This document shows, piece by piece, positions 56,816 through 64,000 of a DNA stretch of 64,000 nucleotides. Within the stretch, counting starts at the first letter, position 1; every line of letters begins with the position of its first letter. The notes below the pieces were generated by a model. It was given only the letters and a program-made list of their open reading frames with translations, was not told the DNA's origin and did no database searches. Made by a program: the position numbers and the translations under genes. The stretch comes from an uncultured Candidatus Rokubacteria bacterium. GTDB lineage: Bacteria > Methylomirabilota > Methylomirabilia > Rokubacteriales > DASRDR01. The stretch covers positions 96,001-160,000 of the forward strand of contig CAWGVS010000004.1 of the NCBI GenBank assembly GCA_963826115.1. The letters run 5' to 3'.

Positions 56816-57775
56816 CTAAACGCGGTTGCGCCAGTGCTCGAGGAGATCCTTGAGCGTCACCTCGAACGGGATCGTGGGCTCCCAGCCCGTGGCGCTCCGG
56901 AACTTCGAGCAGTCGCCGAGGAGGAGCGTGACGTCGGACGGCCGCATCCGGGCGGGGTCCGGCCGGACCTCCACTTTCACGTGCGCGAGACCGAGGAGGA
57001 TGTCGAGCACCTGGCGCGCCGAGTAGCCCCGGCCCGAGCAGATGTTGTAAACCTCGCCGGCGGCGCCGCGCTCGAGGGCCAGCCAGTAGGCGCGGACCAT
57101 GTCGCGCACGTCGGTGAAGTCGCGCACCGACTCGAGGTTCCCCACGTGCACGACGGGCTCGCGGAGCCCCTTTTCGATCTCCGCGACCTGCCGGGAGAAG
57201 TTCGAGGTGACGAAGACCTCGCCGCGCCGCGGCCCCGTGTGGTTGAACCCGCGAGTCCGGACCACGGGGAGCTGGTAGCTCCGCCAGTACTGATAGGCGA
57301 GGAGGTCCTGGGCCACCTTCGAGACCGCGTAGGGCGAGAGCGGCCGGAGCGGGCTGTCCTCCCGGAGCGGCACCTCGTCGGGCAGGACCAGGCCGTACTC
57401 CTCGCTCGACCCGGCGATCTGAATGCGCGTCTGGAGAAGGTCGAGGTCGCGGATCGCCTCGAAGAGGTTGACCTGCCCCAGTATGTTGCCGCTCAGCGTC
57501 TCACCGGGCGCCACCCACGACGTGGGCACGTAGCTCTGGGCCGCCAGGTGGAAGATCCGGTCCGGGCGCACCTCGCGAAGCACCCGCCGGACGGCGGCGG
57601 CGTCGCGCAGGTCGCACTCGACCCGCCGCACCTGGTTCCCGAGGTGCTGGACGTTCTCCATGCGACTCCGCCAGCGGTGCATGCCGAACACCTCGACGTC
57701 GCCGCGGGCGATCAGGTACTCGGCCAGGTGGCTGCCGACGAAACCGGTGAACCCGGTGATCAGGACCCGCATCAC
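56816..57775 (-). CDS. GDP-mannose 4,6-dehydratase/Rmd-family SDR
   Basis: LITG.TGFVG, IFHLAAQSYV..SW, GSSEEYG, SPYAVSK, FNHTGPRRGEVFVT, GNL...RDFTDVRD, RP.DV..L.GD. Confidence 0.88.
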   Translation of the reverse strand: MMRVLITGFTGFVGSHLAEYLIARGDVEVFGMHRWRSRMENVQHLGNQVRRVECDLRDAAAVRRVLREVRPDRIFHLAAQSYVPTSWVAPGETLSGNILGQVNLFEAIRDLDLLQTRIQIAGSSEEYGLVLPDEVPLREDSPLRPLSPYAVSKVAQDLLAYQYWRSYQLPVVRTRGFNHTGPRRGEVFVTSNFSRQVAEIEKGLREPVVHVGNLESVRDFTDVRDMVRAYWLALERGAAGEVYNICSGRGYSARQVLDILLGLAHVKVEVRPDPARMRPSDVTLLLGDCSKFRSATGWEPTIPFEVTLKDLLEHWRNRV

Positions 57776-58881
57776 GGCTCTCCTTCGAAGAAGCTCCGGA
57801 CGGCGGCGATCACGGAGTCGATCTCGTCGGCCCGGAGCTCTGGGAAGCAGGGAAGAGACAACACCTCTCGCGCGGCAGCCCAGGCTGCCGGGTAGGGAGT
57901 GGAGTCATACCCGAGGTCGCGGAATAGGGGCTGGGCCGGAATCGGCAGGGGATAGTGGCACGCGGTGCCGATCCCCACCGCGGCGAGGTGCGCGGCGAGG
58001 GCGTCCCGCCGGGCCGTGCGAATCGTGTACTGGTGGTACACGTGGGTCGCGCCCGGGCGCTCCACCGGCAGGACCACGGGCAGCCCGGCGAGGCCCTCGG
58101 CGTAGCGCGCGGCCACGGCCTGACGCGCGCGGGTCCAGTCCGGCAGGTGCCGGAGCTTCACCCGCAGGATCGCGGCCTGCATCTCGTCGAGCCGGGCAGT
58201 CCACCCGAGGGCGGTGTGGTGGTACTTCTGGGTCTGCCCGTGATTCCGCGCCAGGCGGAGCTGCGTCGCGAGCGCGCCGTCGTTGGTCGTCACCAGGCCC
58301 GCGTCCCCGTAGGCGGCGAGGTTCTTCGTGGGATAGAAGCTGAAGGCCGCCGCGCGGCCGTGCCCGCCGATCGGGCGTCCCCCGAGGGTCGCCCCGAAGG
58401 CCTGGGCCGCATCCTCGACCAGCGCGATCCCGTGGCCGTCCGCCAGGACCCGGAGGGGGCCCATCGCGGCCGGCTGCCCGTAGAGGTGGACGGCCAGGAT
58501 CGCGCGGGTCTGGGGCGTGATGGCGTCCGCGACCCGGTCGGGGTCGATGGTGAGGGTGGCCGGCTCCACGTCCACGAAGACGGGCCGGGCCTCCAGGTGG
58601 AGCGCCGCGGTGGCGGAGGCCACGAAGGAGAAGGCGGGCGTGATCACCTCGGTGCCGGGGCCGACGCCGACCGCCGCCAGGAGGAGCTTGATCGCGTCCG
58701 ACCCCGAGCCGAGACCGATCGCGTGGCTCACGCCGAGGTAGGCGGCGCACTCGGCCTCGAACGCCTGGCCCTCGGGCCCCAGGATGAACTGGCCGCCCCG
58801 CAGGACGTGCCGGAGGGCCGACTCGATCTCCGGCTCGAGCCGCTCGTACTGCCGTGTGAGGTCGAACTGGGGAATCTTCAT
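57772..58881 (-). CDS. DegT-family aminotransferase (WbpE-like subgroup)
   Basis: From ATG 58881 (ATGA overlap with lptD): IP..DL..QY, G.FILGP, SGSDA, VHLYGQ, EDAAQA.GA, FSFYPTKNL.A.GD.G, RLD..QAA.L.VKL, HVYHQY, HYP.P. Confidence 0.92.
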   Translation of the reverse strand: MKIPQFDLTRQYERLEPEIESALRHVLRGGQFILGPEGQAFEAECAAYLGVSHAIGLGSGSDAIKLLLAAVGVGPGTEVITPAFSFVASATAALHLEARPVFVDVEPATLTIDPDRVADAITPQTRAILAVHLYGQPAAMGPLRVLADGHGIALVEDAAQAFGATLGGRPIGGHGRAAAFSFYPTKNLAAYGDAGLVTTNDGALATQLRLARNHGQTQKYHHTALGWTARLDEMQAAILRVKLRHLPDWTRARQAVAARYAEGLAGLPVVLPVERPGATHVYHQYTIRTARRDALAAHLAAVGIGTACHYPLPIPAQPLFRDLGYDSTPYPAAWAAAREVLSLPCFPELRADEIDSVIAAVRSFFEGEP

Positions 58882-61172
58882 TGCTGGAATCCGGTGAACC
58901 CCCGCCCAAATCCATATTGCCCTAGTTCGAGCAGGTTGATCGTGATCCGGAACTCGTCCTCGTCGACCCGATCGATGAAGGCCGCGGTAATGCCCCAGCA
59001 CTGCTCGCGGAAGTCGACCTCGAGGCGGTTCTCGATGACGGTGCCGGTGTCGGTGTTGTAGTCGCTCGAGAACCGGACCGCCCAGCGGGTGCCGATCTTG
59101 GCTTCCAGGGAGCCCTGGATGTAGACCAGCCGGCCGTTGTCGCCGTGGCGCGTCCCGAAGGAGGCACGCCACCGCGTCGCCTCGTAGGAGAGATCGGTGG
59201 TGGCGGCCGTGACGCGCGCCTCGTAGGGGTCGAAGGACGCCGTCCCCCGGAACCGGACGCCGTAGAAGGGCTCCAGGATGAGATCGGCGAGCACGTCGGA
59301 GAACCGCTTCGGCGTGGTGCTCGTCGTGACCGTGGTGGTGGTGTCGGTCTCCTGCGCGAGCCGGCGGCGGCGCGCGGCCGCGGTCGTCGTCGTGGTGGGG
59401 GGTGGGTTGTTGACGATGATCGTCGTCACGTTCGGCTCGGGGTCGATCAAGTAGGTCTGACTGAGGGTGAAGCGGATGAGCTCCCACACGCGCCCGGGGC
59501 GGTCCTCCTGGCCGACCGCGCGCGCCTTCAGCCGGTTCGTCAGGGAGTAGGTGACGGTGTGGCCGGGCGTGATGGTGTCGATCCCGTCCCACTGGGGCAG
59601 ATCGTTCGAGTCGTCCCCGTCGAGGAAGTTGTAGCTGATTCGTGGCTCGATCACGTGCTGGAGCTTCGCGATGCCCCAGGCCCCGTCGGCGTCGAACACG
59701 CGGTACGCGCGCGCGTCGAAGTCGGCGCCCGCCTCGAAGAGGGAGCGCACGGTGAGCTCCTTCTTCGTCTTCTCCACGGCGAAGCCGTCGTCGATGGTCT
59801 CGCCGATGACCCGCGTGTCGTAGAGGGTCTCGCGGAAGCCGACCCGCGGCGTGATGGTGAAGAGCCCGCCGGGTGACAGGGGATAGGAGAGGCGCGGCGC
59901 CAGGTCGAGGCGCTGTCCCTCCGAGCCGATCTCGCGCACGAAGTTGTTGTAGGAGCTTTCCATGTCGAACAGGAGCCCGGGCAGGAAGGGCAGGGGCTGC
60001 TGGAAGGCGGTCATGCGGAGCTCGGGCAGTCGCTGGAGCTCCACCGCCGCGTCGGTCGTGAGGTCCTGGTAGAAGAACAGGCGGCCGAAGAAGTTCCACT
60101 TCTCCCACCGCTGCGTGAGCGAGATGTTCGACTCCAGGCGCTGGCGGCTCCGCTCGTCGAGTGTGTTGCCGAACTCGCTGAGGAACTTGTCGTCGCTGAC
60201 GCGGGCGACGTCCGCCTTCAGGACCAGGCGCGGCGTGAACTGCTCCTCGTGCTGGAGGCTCGCCACCCAGCGGTCGTGGTCGAAGTCCGGGGAGTCCTTG
60301 GTGTCGTGGAGGTAGAACCCGTCGAGCTGGCCCTTGGAGCCCTCGGTGCGGACGTAGCGGTAGGTGGCGCCGATCCCGAACCCGCGCTTCTCGAAGTAGG
60401 CCGGCGCCACCGTCAGGTCCTGGCTGTCCGACAGCACGATGTAGACGGGCTGCCGGACGAAGAACCCCTTGTCGCTGCTGCTGCCGAACGTCGGGGCGAG
60501 GAGCCCGGTGTGCCGGTCCTTGCGCAGGCTCGTCGCGAAGAACGGGATGAAGGGGACCAGGGGGACCTTCCACACCCAGAAGGACGCGCCGGTCCCCCAC
60601 AGGTAGTCGTCGAGGTAGGCGGTGGACGAGCGCATCCGGACCGACCACGCCGGGGTGTCCTCGTCCTCGCAGGTGGTGAAGACCCCGCCCGCGATGCGGT
60701 AGGCCTTGTCGCCGAACCGCTCCATGCGCTCGCCGCCGAAGAAGAAGTGGGGCTCGGCGGCGGCCGAGGCCTGGTACACGATGCCGGTCCCGGACCGGAG
60801 GTTGTACTCGATCCGCTCCCCGGTCAGCCGATCCCGGCCGTCGAAGAGGACCACGCGGCCGGTCGCAACCGCCTCGCCCGTCTCCGTGTTGACCTCGACG
60901 CGGTCCGCCTCGAGGCGGACGTCTCCCTGCTCGATCTGGACGTTCCCCTCCGCCAGGAGGAGCTTCTCCTTGTCCAGGTTCTCGACGCGGTCGGCATACA
61001 CGGTGACCGGGGTGCCGGCCTCCAGGGAGAGCCGCTGCCGCTCCTGACCCCAGCCGAGACCGGGCAGGAGGGCGAGGCACGCGACGGCAAAGACCCCGAC
61101 CAGGCGCGGAGCGGGCACGGACCTCCCCCTCGACGAAGGGACCCGGCGCCCGGTCCCGTGACGTGGGTCCAC
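58878..61172 (-). CDS. lptD: LPS-assembly outer-membrane protein LptD
   Basis: Signal-like hydrophobic stretch. OstA beta-jellyroll (ADRV...AEGNV...ADRV...ATG.V), FTTC....P.W, P....P.......R.TGLL.P..G...G, RLPEL, H.IEP, Y.L.NRL, and CW near the C-terminus. Confidence 0.92.
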   Translation of the reverse strand: MDPRHGTGRRVPSSRGRSVPAPRLVGVFAVACLALLPGLGWGQERQRLSLEAGTPVTVYADRVENLDKEKLLLAEGNVQIEQGDVRLEADRVEVNTETGEAVATGRVVLFDGRDRLTGERIEYNLRSGTGIVYQASAAAEPHFFFGGERMERFGDKAYRIAGGVFTTCEDEDTPAWSVRMRSSTAYLDDYLWGTGASFWVWKVPLVPFIPFFATSLRKDRHTGLLAPTFGSSSDKGFFVRQPVYIVLSDSQDLTVAPAYFEKRGFGIGATYRYVRTEGSKGQLDGFYLHDTKDSPDFDHDRWVASLQHEEQFTPRLVLKADVARVSDDKFLSEFGNTLDERSRQRLESNISLTQRWEKWNFFGRLFFYQDLTTDAAVELQRLPELRMTAFQQPLPFLPGLLFDMESSYNNFVREIGSEGQRLDLAPRLSYPLSPGGLFTITPRVGFRETLYDTRVIGETIDDGFAVEKTKKELTVRSLFEAGADFDARAYRVFDADGAWGIAKLQHVIEPRISYNFLDGDDSNDLPQWDGIDTITPGHTVTYSLTNRLKARAVGQEDRPGRVWELIRFTLSQTYLIDPEPNVTTIIVNNPPPTTTTTAAARRRRLAQETDTTTTVTTSTTPKRFSDVLADLILEPFYGVRFRGTASFDPYEARVTAATTDLSYEATRWRASFGTRHGDNGRLVYIQGSLEAKIGTRWAVRFSSDYNTDTGTVIENRLEVDFREQCWGITAAFIDRVDEDEFRITINLLELGQYGFGRGFTGFQQ

Positions 61173-61227
61173 TGTCGAAGTGACGCGGAGTTATGGAACG
61201 CGGGCATCCTATCAGAGGCCCATCGGT

Positions 61228-61252
61228 GACGCAATATTTGGAACGCCGTTCC
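61228..61252 (-). promoter_or_regulatory. Candidate ECF-sigma promoter (GGAAC-N16-CGTC) upstream of lptD
   Basis: Minus strand: GGAAC (61252..61248), 16-nt spacer ggcgttccaaatattg, CGTC (61231..61228), about 55 nt before GTG 61172. Confidence 0.55.
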
Positions 61253-61364
61253 GGGGTCACCGGAGGCCCGCGAGTGGTCGAGAATCCAAGCGTTTGGGCG
61301 GGTCGTAGAGAGGAGGTGAAGGCGCCCGACGACCGTCGGTCCCGCCTGACGAAGGAGGCATCCC

Positions 61365-61709
61365 ATGCGACACGGATGGTGGTCGGGTGCCGCCGCCGGC
61401 CTGCTCCTGGGCCTCGGGCTGGCCCTGCCGGCGCTCTCCCAGGTGGCTGGTGTCGGCGCGGCCATCCGGGTATTCCAGTTCCAGCCAGGCGCGCTCCAGG
61501 TCCGGGCGGGCACCCGGGTCACGTGGACGAACCAGGACGAGATCACTCACACGGTGACCTCCGGAGTGCCGGGCAGCCCCGACGGGCGGTTCGATCTCAG
61601 CCTGGAGGGCAAGGGGACGAGCGGCAGCGCGACGTTCCCCACGCCCGGCGCCTACCCCTACTTCTGCGCGCGCCACCCCTCGATGCGCGGCGAGGTGGTC
61701 GTCCAGTAG
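61365..61709 (+). CDS. Exported cupredoxin (amicyanin/plastocyanin-like)
   Basis: SD AAGGAGG, signal peptide, F.P..L.V..G..VTWTN.D...HTVT, and G.Y.YFCARHPSM.G.V.V giving the His/Cys/His/Met type-1 Cu ligands. Confidence 0.9.
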   Translation: MRHGWWSGAAAGLLLGLGLALPALSQVAGVGAAIRVFQFQPGALQVRAGTRVTWTNQDEITHTVTSGVPGSPDGRFDLSLEGKGTSGSATFPTPGAYPYFCARHPSMRGEVVVQ

Positions 61710-61723
61710 TCCCGGACCGCCCG

Positions 61724-62314
61724 TCAGGTGGGGGGCGCGCCGAGCGCCGCCCGGAGCCGCCGGACCTGCTCCCGGTGGTCCAGGTAGTGGAGTCGCTGGA
61801 CCAGGGCGTACTCCTTCCACGAGAGCTCGGCGGTGAAGATCTCGGGATCGCTTCCGGGGTCGGGCGCGCCGGCCGTGAGGATGGCCGGAGCCGTCGCCGC
61901 CGGACCATCGGCCCGAGGTTGCCGGATCGCCTCCTCGAGGGCCGCGTCGAGGGCGGCGCTCGCCTCCCGGAGCCCGGCCAGGAGCTCCACCCAGGGCACG
62001 CGGTGGGCCGCGCCGGAGAGGAGGCCCTCGTAGATCGGCGGCCCTGGCGGACGGTGGCCCGCCAGGAGGTGTCGGAGCTCCTCGGCCGCGCGGACCGTGG
62101 ACTGGGCGACGTGATCGACGACCTGCGCCACCGTCCACTCGTCGGGCCGCGTCCGCCGCCGGGCCTCGGCCTCGCCGAGCCCGGCTAGCGCGGTCTCGAG
62201 CTCGGCGCCCGCGGTCCGGACGCGCGCCCGGATCCGCCCGGCATCGAGGCTGGCCGCGCGTGTGCGGAGGTAGTCGACGGTCCGGGCGCGGGCGGCCTGA
62301 GCGGCGTCAGTCAT
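61724..62314 (-). CDS. DinB/YfiT-family protein
   Basis: WTVAQVVDH and C-terminal H..DH..Q helical-bundle motif; coupled to tetR. Confidence 0.8.
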   Translation of the reverse strand: MTDAAQAARARTVDYLRTRAASLDAGRIRARVRTAGAELETALAGLGEAEARRRTRPDEWTVAQVVDHVAQSTVRAAEELRHLLAGHRPPGPPIYEGLLSGAAHRVPWVELLAGLREASAALDAALEEAIRQPRADGPAATAPAILTAGAPDPGSDPEIFTAELSWKEYALVQRLHYLDHREQVRRLRAALGAPPT

Positions 62315-62939
62315 GGCGATCCTCCGGCGCGTCCGTGCGCGGCCCCGGGGCGAGGAAGGCGACGAGCGCCTCCTCGGCGAGGCGGACCGCGCGGCCGAGC
62401 GGCATCAGGTCGGGATCGAAGGTGAGCTGGAGGGAGAGCCCGTCCACGAGGGCCAGGATCACCGCCGCGGCCTCGTCGGGCGGGACCCGGCGGAACGCCC
62501 CGGCGGCGGCCCCGCGGCCGACGCTCACCGCGAGGAAGCGCCGGGCGCGCGCGTACGCTCGCCGGTTCACGCGCGCGAGCTCTCGGTCGTGGAGCGCCTC
62601 GCCCCAGAGCTCGATGAGCACGGTCCAGAAGTCGCGGCTCTCCGTCGCGACCTGGAGGCACGCGCGGAGGAGCGCCCGGAGCCGGGCCCGCGCGTCGCGC
62701 GCCCCCCGGGCCTCCGTCGCCACCCGGCGGTCGAGGTCCGCCATCACGGTGGCCGCGGCGCGCCCGAGGATGGCCCGCTTGTCGCGGAAGTAGTAGTGGA
62801 GGATCCCGGGGCTGACCCCCGCCTCCGCGGCGATCCGCTTCATGGTGAGCCCGCCGTAGCCGTCCCGGGCGAGGCAGCGGATCGTCGCGCGGACGATCGC
62901 GGCGCGACGCTCGGGCGCGACGCGGGGCCGCGGGCTCAC
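62307..62939 (-). CDS. TetR-family transcriptional regulator (BetI-like)
   Basis: From GTG 62939: RR.AI..A....LA..G....T...IA.EAGVS.G..HYYF..K, and C-terminal A..I.ALVDGL.LQ. Confidence 0.92.
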   Translation of the reverse strand: MSPRPRVAPERRAAIVRATIRCLARDGYGGLTMKRIAAEAGVSPGILHYYFRDKRAILGRAAATVMADLDRRVATEARGARDARARLRALLRACLQVATESRDFWTVLIELWGEALHDRELARVNRRAYARARRFLAVSVGRGAAAGAFRRVPPDEAAAVILALVDGLSLQLTFDPDLMPLGRAVRLAEEALVAFLAPGPRTDAPEDRHD

Positions 62940-62985
62940 GCGCGGGCCGCCGGCGCGGCGGGCGGAGGGCCGAGTCGATTCATAT

Positions 62986-63007
62986 ATTGGTTGGGTGACC
63001 AATCAAT
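62986..63007. promoter_or_regulatory. Palindromic TetR-type operator
   Basis: ATTGGTTGG-gtga-CCAATCAAT (9-bp arms, one mismatch) in an AT-rich island between divergent tetR and CoA-transferase genes. Confidence 0.72.
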
Positions 63008-63084
63008 GATCGCGCCAGTCTGCGCGCCTGCCCGCCCGCCCGTCAAGGGCGCCCGGTGGGGTCCGCGGCTGCCGCGGGCGAGGC

Positions 63085-63090
63085 TATACT
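63085..63090 (+). promoter_or_regulatory. -10 element (TATACT), leaderless-type
   Basis: TATACT-N7-GTG(63098). Confidence 0.62.
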
Positions 63091-63097
63091 GGGCGCC

Positions 63098-64000
63098 GTG
63101 ACGGCGCTCGCGGGACTGACCGTCCTGGACCTCACGCAGAACGTGGCCGGGCCGTACTGCACCCAGATCCTCGGCGACCTGGGCGCCGACGTGATCAAGG
63201 TCGAGCGGCCGGGCCGCGGCGACGAGACGCGCGCGTGGGCGCCGCCCCGCTGGGGACCCGAGGGGACGATCTTCCTGTCGTTCAACCGGAACAAGCGGAG
63301 CCTCGCCCTCGACGTGAAGGCGCCCGGAGCGCGGACGGTGATCGAGCGCCTCGTCCGGCGGTCGGACATCCTCGTCCAGAGCTTCCGGCCCGGCAACGCC
63401 GAGGAGCTCGGCTTCGGGGCGGCGCAGGCCCGCGCGCTCAACCCCCGGCTCGTCTACTGCTCGGTGACCGCGTTCGGCAGCCGCGGCCCGCTGCGCGGAG
63501 AGCCGGGCTACGACCCGATGATGCAGGGCTACAGCGGGTTCATGCGCCTCACCGGGCACCCGGGCCAGGCGCCGGTGCGCGCGGGCACCTCGATGGTCGA
63601 CATGGGGACCGGCATGTGGGCGGCGCTCGGCGTCCTGGCGGCGCTCCGGGCGCGCGACGAGACCGGGGTGGGCACCGAGGTGAGCGCGGCGCTCTTCGAC
63701 ACCGCGCTCGCCTGGATCCCCTACCAGCTGATGGCGTACCTCGCGACCGGCGAGGTGCTGCAGCCCCAGGGCTCGGCGGCGGCGATGATCGTTCCGTACC
63801 AGGCCTTCCCCACGACGGACGGCTGGCTCATGATCACGACGCCGACGGATGCGCTGTTCGGCCGGCTCTGCGAGGCGCTGGGGCGCCCCGACCTCGCCGC
63901 CGACCCGCGCTACCGCACCAACCCGGACCGCGTGCGGAACCGGGGAACGCTGGTGCCGGCGCTGGAGGCGCTCACCGCGCCCCACGCGACCCAGGTGCTC
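63098..64000 (+). CDS. CaiB/BaiF class III CoA transferase, truncated by the window end
   Basis: Not in the ORF track. Manual translation gives ALAGLTVLDLTQNVAGPYCTQILGDLGADVIKVERPG.GD.TR...NRNKRSLALD...NPRLVYCS..AFG..GP....PGYD..MQG.SG. Confidence 0.93.
   Translation, partial: MTALAGLTVLDLTQNVAGPYCTQILGDLGADVIKVERPGRGDETRAWAPPRWGPEGTIFLSFNRNKRSLALDVKAPGARTVIERLVRRSDILVQSFRPGNAEELGFGAAQARALNPRLVYCSVTAFGSRGPLRGEPGYDPMMQGYSGFMRLTGHPGQAPVRAGTSMVDMGTGMWAALGVLAALRARDETGVGTEVSAALFDTALAWIPYQLMAYLATGEVLQPQGSAAAMIVPYQAFPTTDGWLMITTPTDALFGRLCEALGRPDLAADPRYRTNPDRVRNRGTLVPALEALTAPHATQVL

Noticed and set aside
26500-61260. Apparent giant fusion proteins in the ORF track (26500..30057, 35440..37992, 52391..55723, 57772..61260)
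   Set aside because: The N-terminal extensions are off-frame read-through of upstream genes. Real starts are internal, mostly at overlapping ATGA/GTGA junctions or just after promoters.
61173-61364. ops/JUMPstart (RfaH) element ahead of the long glycan operon
   Set aside because: No GGCGGTAG-type match upstream of lptD.

Overview
Very high-GC (roughly 70-75%, estimated by eye) genomic DNA from a diderm bacterium, since lptD is present. Gene style suggests Ca. Rokubacteria/Methylomirabilota, but that is inference only. About 57 kb (c. 4.2-61.2 kb) is one cell-envelope glycan super-locus. It has a minus-strand backbone: lptD, a DegT aminotransferase, two Gmd/Rmd-like SDRs, wzm-wzt, a coiled-coil methyltransferase, four GT4s, a methyltransferase, GT2s, two perosamine-synthase-like enzymes, a radical SAM/SPASM enzyme and RmlC/SDR/RmlD. 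Interleaved with it is an unusually large extracytoplasmic glycosylation toolkit: eight large GT-C-fold membrane glycosyltransferases in four paralog classes carrying discoidin (F5/8C), ILEI or CBM-like modules, five polyprenol-phosphate GT2 synthases, a DPPR-synthase-like UbiA and three UPF0104 flippase-like proteins. Other observations: recurrent leaderless-type promoters, an ECF-type promoter before lptD, a degenerate tRNA-like element at a cassette boundary, a G8 tract frameshifting an SGNH lipoprotein right after its lipobox, a Thr-rich insertion in LptD, and a TetR operator. The flanks hold housekeeping/metabolic genes (SagB-type dehydrogenase, Tat cyclase, class III aminotransferase; cupredoxin, DinB, TetR, CoA transferase). 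No CRISPR, rRNA, intact tRNA, integrase or transposase was seen. All family assignments come from motif recognition, not database searches.
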